The notes under the pieces were generated by a model that made no database searches, was not told the origin of the DNA, and saw only the letters and a list, made by a program, of their open reading frames with translations. A program made the position numbers and the translations under genes. From Malacoraja senta (taxonomy: Eukaryota): a DNA stretch of 60,000 bases. The stretch lies in contig CM075988.1 in NCBI GenBank assembly GCA_038087875.1, forward strand, positions 25,918,001-25,978,000, read 5' to 3'. Below, piece by piece: positions 12,501 to 24,300 of this stretch; the stretch's first letter is position 1; the number at the start of each line of letters is the position of its first letter.

Positions 12501-15500
12501 AAGTTTCCACAGTTCCTATGTTAAATGAAGCACGTATCTGTCATCTTGGCTCTGATTGATACAATGATACAATTTATTTGTTGTCATTTGAACCTCATTG
12601 AGGTTCAAACGAAATTTGGTTTCTGCAGTCATACAAACAAGTAGAAGAACCAAGACACAACACAATTTACACAAACATCCATCACAGCGAATCTCCTCGC
12701 TGTGATGGAAGGCAAAGTCTTATCTCTCCCCTGCACTCCACTTTCTCCTCCCGATGTCAGAGTCAAAGCCCCCGGCGGGCGATGGTAAATAAGTCCCGCG
12801 GCCATTAAAGCCGCGCCGGGCGATGCAAGGCCGCGCTCCGGGTCTTGATGTTGGAGCCCCCGGCGGGCGCTAGCAAGTCCCGCGGCCATTAAAGCCGCGC
12901 CGGGCGATGTTGGGCCCCGCTCCAGGTCATTTTCAACCCCGCAACTCGGGCGGGAGAAGTTGCCGTTGCGGGAGCTCCGAAAAGCTGTCCACCAGACCTG
13001 CGGCTGGAGCCTCCGAATCTCCGGGGTCGGGTCGCAGCCGCGCGCCACCACAGCTCCTCCCGTTCCGAACTCGGCCAGCTCCGCGATGGTGAGTAGTCCG
13101 CAGGCTCCGCGAGTGGAGCCCCAGGTCGTTCCGGTTGGAGGCCGCTCCACGGTGCAAGGCCCCAACGACAACGGAGACCCGACAAGGGAAAAGGTCGGGT
13201 CCTCCGTACAGGGAAAAGATTTTAAAAGTTTCCCCACGCCCCGCCCCCCCACGCACATACCCAGTTAAAAAACCCCACTATAACTACACTCAAACGAGAC
13301 AACAACAAAAAAGACAGACTGACTGCAGAGGCCGCTGCGACGTGAGTCAAGCTAAACCATTTTATTCTGCTTCACTTGTAAGTTAGTTTTAGCATCATAT
13401 TAAGACTAGCAAAGATGCACAGCTGGTTTTGATTTCCATAACGCATTAAAATTAAGTACCAATGGCCTCTTTGATGTAGCATTTGATTGTGCCATTGACA
13501 GGAGTCCCAGATTCTCACTGACCTTGGCCATGATTTCTATTCCGTTGGAGAGGTAATCAAGACAAGTCAGTCTATACTATACCTAGTCATAGTGAGCAAG
13601 AGCTAAATGTCATCTTGGACCGGAACCAAAAGACTGGGAGTTCATTGTCAAAATCCTATGGGATGATCAAAGATTTCATTAATATAGGTGTACACGCATG
13701 CCAAATAACTGCTATGTTATCAGTCTGCTGACAACTGCTATGTTGCCTGATGTATAGTTCTGCCCAATCCACTCTTGGAAATATGTGAATTTGAAATGGC
13801 CTGATTGCAGCGTTTGCTAGTGGTGAAAGTAACCGACAGAGGGGAGAGGAGGTGGTGGGTTGAGGAGGCTATGAGGGTGAAGGAGAGGCTGGTTGCAAGA
13901 AAAGTGGAGGGTCACCAGAAGTCTGGTCAAATACATTGCTGGAGGAACAGCAGGTGAGCCACATTTATGGGGTGGGGTCGGCGATAGAAAGGAATTGTTA
14001 TTGCTTCATACCAAGATGTCATCAATTCCTTTCTGACCTGCTGAGTTCTTCCAGCAGTTTTGTTTACTCCAGATTTCAGCATCTGCAGTCTCTTGTGACC
14101 GCAGTTAAGGGGAGATGGTGTTGGAAATACTAGCTACATTTTCAGATAAGTATCCTTCCCTGTTCTTGGTAACCCAGTTAAATTAAAGGAGCTAGGATTG
14201 TTGTTTGCATGTGAAGTGGGGCAGCAAATGCTGTACACATGGTGCTGGGCATCAATTCTGATACATTAGCCATGCAGTGGGCGCTACATTTCTGCTTCAG
14301 TTAACAAACATGTCTTTTTCATCATTGTGAATTTTGAAACTGTTTTAACACCTGCAACAGGGTACCACTTCTTTGAATTTGGAGCCTATAATAACCTATA
14401 TGTAAATTATTATAACTTAATTCAGGAAATCTGTTCTCTATGAATCACATTAAATATTGAAACTTAAGCACGAAAATCTCTCTTCTGAAAGCTCTTTATT
14501 TCTTTGCCTTTAGGCTTGGACAAGGAGACATGCTTAATTTCGATGCCATCGGGATTGGAGCCACCATTCGCTGAAACATATAACCTAGTCACGGAGAATT
14601 TAGTCCTGACTCAGTTTGCTTTACGCTTGGGTTTTCACAGGTACTGAGAAAATGCATAAATAACCAGATGTAAGAAATTGTAAAGATGAAAGCATATCAA
14701 AACTGACGTATCATGAGCCATCTAATTTTCCTGTTCTCTCCATAGAAAGAGAACTTTGAGAACTCTGAGATGGGATTAAATCCTATTCTGGGGTAACCAA
14801 GCAGAAAACTGGGATGAATCATTGACTGATTGAGTAAACGATAAACAAGCCGCAAAGCCTGAGAGTTTTGTCATTTTAAATGTGGATATGCACATTCATA
14901 CAGCCAATAAGGGCAGTAAAGATATTGAAGGTTTATGAGTATGGTGGCAAGCTGCTCACCATCACATGCTATGAGTTATAATATAAGATATTGCGATGAA
15001 TCTGGATATTAAACAACAAATGTAAATAAAAATCACTCAACGGATCAGGCAGCATATGTGGAAAGAGAAACAAGGTTAACGTCTCTGGTCAACAAGCCTT
15101 TGTTGTACCGTTCCGCCACATCATTTCTATAACTTAAAAGTGAGCTTACTTTCTCTCTTTCCTAGCTCTGATGAAGAATTTTGAACCTAAAACATTAACT
15201 CACTTTCTCCTTCCACAAAAGCGGCCTGACATGTTGGGTATTTCCAGCATCATGCATAATTATTTAAGGTGAAGGCAAACTGGGTATCATGGTTAACTGT
15301 TCCATGCTGAGACCCAAATGAGAAAGACCATGCCCTGAAAATCCATTGATTATCTCCAAAGAGTAGTGTCTTTGGATACAAGAGATAAGATGAATTTACT
15401 TTTTTAAAGGGTGATCTGTAGTGATACGATCCCTCTTTGACCATGTAGTTGACAGTCAAAAACGAGGTGAAGAAATCTTCCTCAACATTTCCCTACTTCT

Positions 15501-18500
15501 AATATCTGTTCACTATACCAATTGTTCAAAGTTAGAGGCAATTCCCATTAAAAAAATAATTGATGTTTTAATGAAATTTCAAATATTTCTTGAAAAAACA
15601 ACCAATGTGAGTATTAAAAATAGTTACTGTTTCAATTTTGAGCATTGTAAATCGCCTTTCCTACCATCATGATCTACATGCAGGATTTCTCTCAATGTCT
15701 TCCTTTTGCATTGCCTCAGTGGGATGTCGCCTATAGTGCATGGACCTCTCAAAGATGCAGCTGGGTTCTTTATTTTTACAGATTACACGATCAAATGATA
15801 AAGATGAACCAGAGCTTGCACCGGCTACAGGTTGCCTGGAGGGAAGCACAGCAGTCTTCCAACCCAGCGGCAGACAACCTGCGTGAGCAATTCGAACGCC
15901 TGATGACCATTTACTTATCAACCAAAGCAGCAGCCACAGAGCCACAGATGCTCCAGAACTGTATGAACTTGCAGATCTCTACCACTACAATATTGGTCCA
16001 GTTTTCTCTAGGCAATCAAGGAACAGAATACATGGAGGTGAAATTCCCTCTTCTGGATGTGGAATACTGCATGCTTTCTCATATTCCAGGTATATAGCAT
16101 GTCCTAACAGAGATTTAAGCACATTGCATATGATCCCTGTGGATGCTCAATCAATTACATTTTCAAGTTGATATTCATGGATTTTTTTTTGATGGAGTAT
16201 CAAAGGATATGAAATATTGTTAGGTTAATAGAATTGAAATGAGAAACCGGCCATGATCTTGTTGTGTCAGGACTTGGGAGTTATAGACAATAGACAATTG
16301 GTGCAGGAGTAGGCCATTTGGCCCTTCGAGCCAGCACCGCCATTCACTGTGATCATGGGTGATCATCCAGGTTGAATGGTCTGTGCTGTTATCTGGGCAT
16401 ACAGGGCATCTTCACCTTTGAGAACTACAAAACAAAGGACACCAGTGTCGTTTTGTTTAATTGTTCATTTTATTATTTTAAAAATCTTTTCAATGTGTGC
16501 ATTACTCATTGAGCTTCAGTTATTGCTCTCTCTATGTTGGCCAATGATACCTTGGGCCTGCATGGCCCTCTTGAAAATGTGAGCATTTAATATCCTTTGC
16601 TCACCACCTTTTGACATTTTGTTCTTTTTTACCTCTCAAAATTAGTGTTCATCCTCTGTCTCTTCTGCTTCTAACTGCAAATACTTGTGAGCATGGCTAA
16701 GGGTTAACTAATTTTAATTTATAGTGAAACACTGGTCTAGCTTTTAATGTAAGTTACATTGTTCAACGGGATTATAGGTAGCTCTTGTTCCCATTGTCTT
16801 GTTTCTTTGCGGTGAGTTAATAACCTGAGCTCACTTTTGGAGAGTAAAATCAATGTTCACAGACCTGCCAACCATGTCAAATTCCATGCTCCTTTCTATT
16901 TCCAGGATTCAAAAGGACACAGAGTGCTGGAGTAACTCAGCGGGTCAGGCAGCATCTCTGGAGAACATGGACAGGTGACTTTTCACGTTGAGATACCTAC
17001 TTCAGACTAATAACTATTTACTTATCAACCGAAGCAGCAGCCATCAGTTTGAAGAAGGTGCTCGACTTGAAACATCACCTGACCATGATCTCCTGAGATG
17101 CTGCCTGACGTGCTGAGTTTCTCCAGCACTGTGTCCTTTTGTATATTAACCTGCAGATGCAGTTCCTTGTTTCTACATTCTATGGACAATGGGGACTGTT
17201 GGTGGGGGGGGGACGGAAAAAAGGGGGAGCAGATGTGCTTTGTAACTTTGTCAGTGTCGTAGGTGGCTGCTGTTTGTATACATTGTGTACGCAAGCAAAG
17301 AATCACTGTGCCTAGTCACATGTAACAATAAAATATTCCTATTCCTAATTATGCAGTCAGCCTCAATATTGACTTACTTAACATCTCACACTCTTTCCTA
17401 AGAGAAAGTAAAGTGAATGGGCACCAAAACACCAAAGGCCTTCTTTCCAAACCATAACCAAGGCCACTTCACAAAATAGTGGAGCTTTGTGGGTGGAAAT
17501 GGACGGTATATTTCTTAGTAGGTTGCAGTGGTCCGAGACTATACTTTTGACTGAGCAGAATTTATTTTCCTTGCAATTAGCAGGTCTGTCATATCCTCTG
17601 GGTAACGGTATTCAAAGTGTCTATGAAATGATTGTGTAGTATTTTGGAATGTTCAAAAGGCCTGCAAACCTTTTTCCATTTCAACCTAATTTGATAAGCA
17701 AGAGTGTAAAATACTTTCTAGTTAATAATGTGCACTGTTTCTTTTTGATATAGTCACTATTCTGTTTCCATTTCTTTGTCACAGAATTCTTTGCTGAAAA
17801 TCTGGGAGATTTTTTCATCTTCTTACGAAGATTTGCAGATGACATTCTGGAAACTGCAGGCGATTCCCTGGAACAAGCTCTAAACTTTGTCAGTGTATTC
17901 ATGGGTAACGTAGAGAGGTAAACGCTGGGAACTTCTTGAATTTATTCAGCAATGTACAGGTCTTAGATAGACGTAGATTGTGACACTATTCATGAGTGAA
18001 AGGAGCAGAATTAGACCCATCAAGTCTACTCCGCCATTCAATCATGGCTGATCTATCTATCCCTCCTAACCCCATAACCTCTGACACCTGTACGAATCAA
18101 GAATCTATCTATCTCTGCTTAAATATATCCACTAACTTGGCCTCCACAACCTTCTGTGGCAAAGGATTCCACAAATTCCACTATCGAGTTAATATAGATT
18201 TGTATCCCAGGAGCATTTGGATAAAATAGCATGCAAGCAAAAATTATTTTCTGCAGCAAAGATTGGAGCAGAGTTTCACAAATATTCTTTCATCTGGAGT
18301 ATTGGTCATTTACATCATAAGAATTCAATAAAGTATTATTTTAGGCATTTGAAATATTTTTGTCTACTTGCACTAGGAAAACAAACCATCAATGCTTATC
18401 GGGGTTATACACTTTTGAAGCAGAACATTATAACAGCAGCTTTAAGTGTTGAAAGAGTATAATTTAAAAAAGTATTGCAGTTGAAAGCACCTGACTTTAA

Positions 18501-21238
18501 ACCTGTTGATGACTGGCAAATTTTGACCAATTTCTTCCCCCCATCTCATTTACATCATTATTTCTTTTCATTTACAAAATTGTAACATTGAATGGTGTTA
18601 AGGGATTTGTGCTGACTGACTGGCTAGCTTCTTTCCTCTGCTCCCTTCAATACCTCAGGATGAAGAACCCTCACTTACGAGCAAAGCTGGCTGAGGTGCT
18701 TGAGGCTGTGATGCCTCACATGGAGCAGGTGCAGAATCCAATGATGAGTAGCATGTTCCACCGAGAGCGGGTCTTCGCCTCATTCCGACAGGCATACTAT
18801 CTCGCAGAAGCACTTATCAAAGTGTTTGTGGACATTGAATTCACAGGTATGTGTGAAATGTTGTAACAGATAAATGCTGAAGGGCTAGTATATAACTATA
18901 GTGATAGTGCTATACAACTATAGTGACCACATACTTTATACCATATACTTCATTGGCTACAAAATATCTGTTAACTTACATCTTGATGTATGAACATCAC
19001 ACTTCTCTCTACTTTCCAGAAAGTTGTTCGAGGGGAAAAATATTGTCCCTATTTATTGTTTTTCACCAGAGAGCATGGAATTTGTTTTTGCCCTGGACTG
19101 ACTCTACCATTTAATGAATCAGTGGCACGTTATTGTCACATGTACCGAGGTACAGTAAAACGCTTTGTTTTGCAGACAACCCGATAAAATCACAAACCAT
19201 ATATCATCAGGGCTATCTATTGGCTGCCCCTGCACGTGACAGCAAGTCCAGAGAATTTCTAAATAACAAACAATTTCTTGATATGAATGTAGTTTTATTG
19301 AGACCACTGTTGCTGACATTTTCTGCCTCCAGGTGATCCACATCAGTTTGAACAAAAATTTAACTACAGGCGACCTATGTATCCTATACTAAAATACATG
19401 TGGGGATATGAAAACTACAGGGAAAGCATAAAGGTTTGTCTTACTTTTAACGTATATTAAAGGTATTATTTCCTACACGTCCTCACTCTATATACATGCC
19501 TGGGAGGTCAGGACTTTCATATGAAGAAAGACTGGATAGACTCGGCTTGTACTTGCTAGAATTTAGAAGATTGAGGGGGGATCTTATAGAAACTTACAAA
19601 ATTCTTAAGGGGTTGGACAGGCTAGATGCAGGAAGATTGTTCCCGATGTTGGGGAAGTCCAGAACACGGGGTCACAGTTTAAGGATAAGGGGGAAGTCTT
19701 TTAGGACTGAGATGAGAAAAACATTTTTCACACAGAGTGGTGAATCTGTAATTCTCTGCCACAGAAGGTAGTTGAGGCCAGTTCATTGGCTATATTTAAG
19801 AGGGAGTTAGATGTGGCTAAAGGGGTCAGGGGGTAGGGAGAGAAGGCAGGTACAGGATACTGAGTTGGATGATCAGCCATGATCATATTGAATGGCGGTG
19901 CAGGCTCGAAGGGCCGAATGGCCTACTCCTGCACCTATTTTCTATGTTTCTATAAATAAATATACTCTTTGTAATCAGTCCATGGAAAGTATTTTAAAAG
20001 AGGTATATTTTATTCTCTGTGTCTACCTTCGATTTTCCAGCATCTGCAGTTCCTTCTTAAACAAATATCTTTTATTCTCGACAACAATATTTTCTTTTAA
20101 TATAATGATGGTAATGTAATAATCTGAACATGTGAATAAATGATTTTGTAGTTATTCATTGCTGGCCAGCCAGTTCCCCAGTCTTAATCAGATCCATAGT
20201 CCACAGGATACAGCAAGTTTAAAAGAAAGGGGAGGGGGTGATTAAATGAGAGTGAAGTAATGAGAATGGGGGGAGGGGTAGCAAAGTGATGATGATCATT
20301 TTGACTCCTTGGGTCTCATTACTAACTTTTGTTTGCAAATGTCAGATCAGAGGCTTCCTGTTGAAGTAAGTGTGGAAACTTTACAGGACAATAGTGGAAA
20401 TATATGAAGATTTTTTACGTTGGTGATTTTATGCTAGTGATGTAACAAACAGCCTGTTAAGTATTACTTTAAAGTTGTGTTTGTTGGCTTGGAGTCCTTG
20501 GGAAAGACTGTGTGCATGGTGTGGGAGATGGAACTGAGGGAAGATGTTCCTGGAGAGTGGCTGAGCTCTGATCTCCTGTTCCCAACTTTGAATGCTAAAA
20601 TGTGCCCAAAATGTATCCATCTATAGAAGGTGCAACTTCAGACAAAGCAGAGATTTTTTAGATGGTAATGTTGTATTTACAATTTAATATCTGGCAAACC
20701 AGGAAAAGATATTATTTTGCAATTGTCAAAAGCTTGTGATTTCATGCTGTAAGATACTTTGTAACTGAAGTGTATCTGCTGTTTTCTCTTGGCTTACAGA
20801 ATTTAGCTGACTATGCATTTGACAACTTGGAGGCAATGAACCCTCCACTTTTTCTCCGATTTCTCAATCTGCTCATCAATGATGCAATCTTTTTGTTGGA
20901 TGAAGCTATCCAGGTATCTTGTGGCAGAGTTCTTTTTGTTTTCATTTTAGTTTTTAAACATACTCTTCTGTTGTCTCCTTCAACAAAAGTCAGTTATACA
21001 ATAATTAATTTAGTTTTATATTTATCTTCCCACAACTCCTGAAAATACTGACTCATTGTCATGTACCAGAAGATCTGATTTACTTCTGGGATGTTTCCAG
21101 GCTAGGTGTCCTGAAGAAATAAGGAACCACAGATGCTGGTTTACTAAAAAATATAAAGTTCTGCGGTAACTCAGCAGGTCAGGCTGCATCTCTGGAGAAC
21201 ATGGGGAGGTGACATTTTGGGTTGAATCTGAAATGTCA

Positions 21239-21317
<79 letters not shown>

Positions 21318-24300
21318 TCCAAAGATGCTGCCTGACCCATTGAGTTAATCCAGCATTTCAAGTATTTTTTGTGTCCATCTCTCAGTTCTTTGTTTGAATG
21401 TCTTACTAGAGCATTACTGCTGAGACTAACTCTATTTCAGCAGGACATCCACTCAACAGTTTCAAACCAGGATCTCCCCAGCAGTGATCAGGAGAGGGAG
21501 CCCTTGCTAATTTTATTTTCCCCTCTCCCTATCTCAGGGACATTGTGGGCAGTGATTGATGTTGGGGGGGGGTTGCAAATCACTAAGAGCATTAGCAAAA
21601 AGTTGCACCTGGTGCATTTTGCTCCTGTAATACCACATGATATATATTTATCCTATAACCCAGTGGGTCAAGTGGGGTGATTATAAATATTTGCATTGCT
21701 GGCAGACTTTTCCTTTGAATTGACTATTCACTAGAAACTTGCATGCAATAGCAAAAGCTACCAGATGATAGGATAAACCTGGAATAATTATGTTTCTATC
21801 TCATTAAGCATGTTAGGTTTGGCCACAAATCTGTAAATTGTAATTTGAGATCTTTTATTCAATTTTATAGTATTTGAGCAAGATTAAGATTCAACAAATT
21901 GAGAAGGACCGAGGGGACTGGAATAATTTGGCTTCCGAAACTCGCAGGGAAAAAGAGGGTAACCTTCAGATGTTTGGGCAGTTGGCACGCTTCCACAACA
22001 TCATGTCCAACGAAACAATTGGAACGTTGGCCTTTCTCACTTCAGGTCAGTGAAATGCCATGTACAGTAAAATGGTGTCGGGGGTTATGGGGAGAAGGCA
22101 GGAGAATGGGGTTGAGAAGGAAAGCTAGATCAGCGATGATTGAATGGCGAAGTGGAATTGATGGGATGAATGGCCTAATTCTGCTCCTATCACTTACGAA
22201 CGTATGAAAAGAAGAATCGGGGAAGCATTGGTGTCTGATAGCTTTAAAAACTGCTGCTTGTGGACTTTAGGGAACACCAAATGGGGTTAATTCACTTCTT
22301 GTACTATTTCTATATTACTGCATAACAGAATTTCTTCCTCGAAGTAGCATTGCAGCAGGAACATAAGAATAGTTTAAAAGCATTCAGCCTATTCTGCCCT
22401 TTAATTAGATCATGGAAAATAGGTATCTGAACTCCTTTTACCTGCTTTAACTCATTTGATGCCCATATTCTATATTAATAGATCTACCAATACTATGTGT
22501 AGGAAAGCACTGCAGATGCTGGTTTAAATCGAAGGTAGACACAAAATGCTAGAGTAACTCAACAGGACAGGCAGCGTCTCTGGAGAGAAGGAATGGGTGA
22601 CGTTTTGGTTCGAGACCCTTCTCCAGAGTCTGGAGAAGTCCGATTCCAATTAATTATTTCCAGAAATGCTGCCTGTCCCAATGAGGTACTCCAGAATTTT
22701 GTGTCTACCAATACTATTATCCCCAAATTTGATTATCAGCCTGCATTGAATTAACTGAATTCAGGCAAGGCAGCAGGATGTTGCAAATGGCTGTTGTATC
22801 CTTGGGCTGCAGACAGGTGAAAACAAGTGGTTCTGTTCCTGGCCACTGTTTGGACACTCTTGTTGGATGAGATTGGAACTGAACTTGGCTGTGGAAGTGT
22901 TCCCAAGCAGTCAGTGCCAGTTGGACAAAACTGGTCAGCTTGGCGATCAGTGCCTCTCAAAATCCACTCCCAACAAGAGTGGAAAGAGACAAAAAATTGA
23001 AAGTTTTTTTTTTTTTAAACCTCATTCAATTGAAGGAATTTTGTCTGAAGAAGGGTCTCAGTTTATCAGTCTGAAGAAGGGTCTCGACCCGAAACGTCAC
23101 CCATTCCTTCTCTCCAGAGATGCTGCCTGTCCCACTGAGTTACTCCAGCTTTTTGTGCCTGTCTTCCTTCGATTTAAATTGGTTTAGTGACCTATTGTGC
23201 TTTTCTCTGGCAGAAATCAAGGCGTTGTGTGTGCATCCCATCCTTGCTGAGCGGATCATCTCCATGCTGAATTACTTCCTTCAACACTTAGTGGGACCTA
23301 AAATGGGTGCCCTCAAGGTCAAGGATTTCAGTGAATTTGACTTTAAGCCTCAACAACTGGTGTCTGACATTTGCACCATCTACTTGAACTTGGGGTAAGT
23401 GGCGACAGTTCAACGAAGTAAAATACCAAGAACCTGGTACCAAGAATCATATATTCCAATTTGATGCTTGATTACTAAAAGGCTGACAGATTTATGATAG
23501 CAAGGAATCCCATAAAATAGACATTGCGCACCCTGTTACAGTATCTTCTTGAGTCTCCTCAGATTGTTAGTCATTAGGATTCAAGATCAAGAAAAATAGA
23601 AAATAATATTACTTTTCCTTTTTCCCCCCATTTAGATTTCTGCTTTTAATCTTAAAGATTGTGGAGTCAGGGGATATGGGGAGAAGGCATGAACGGGGTA
23701 CTGATTGTAGATGATCAGCCATGATGACAGTGAATGGTGGTGCTGGCTCAAAGGGCTGAATGGCCTACTCCTGCCCCTATTGTCTATTGTCTATTTGGCA
23801 ATTGCTGGTTTTGATTTTCTGTGCACTATTTTAATGGACCTGTGCATCATTTTAACACACAATCTTTACTCCAGTCATTTTAAATTAGACGGGCAGGGAT
23901 TTCAGGTTGTGTAGAGATTCCTGTGTTATAAAGAACACTGAAAACACCTGCAACTGTGCAGGTGTGTGATCTGTAAAGAGTGGTTTGTAACTAGCCAGTG
24001 GGGGGTATGGGTAGAAGCAAAGCAGAATGACTGTATTCAAACAAATGATCTTCATTAGAATCTTCAACAACAGCTGGTATGCATGGCATTGATGGGATTT
24101 TCGATTACCACCTTTATTTTGAGTATGATGGGATGTCCTGCTTTTAAATTCATTAGTTTGCATTTCTTAATCCATGTCTGAATTTAGTTTACATTATTTC
24201 TCAAGCATGCAGTTACAATATGTATTTAACTTTCCCTTGATATTTGAGGTGTAAATGTATTTGGTTGCCTTAATGTTTAATTGGTGACTCTCCACTTCTC

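Noticed and set aside
12629..13258. 209-aa minus-strand ORF
   Set aside because: Lies wholly within a GC-rich repeat with an internal duplication; no recognisable motif; several frames are open because stops are scarce
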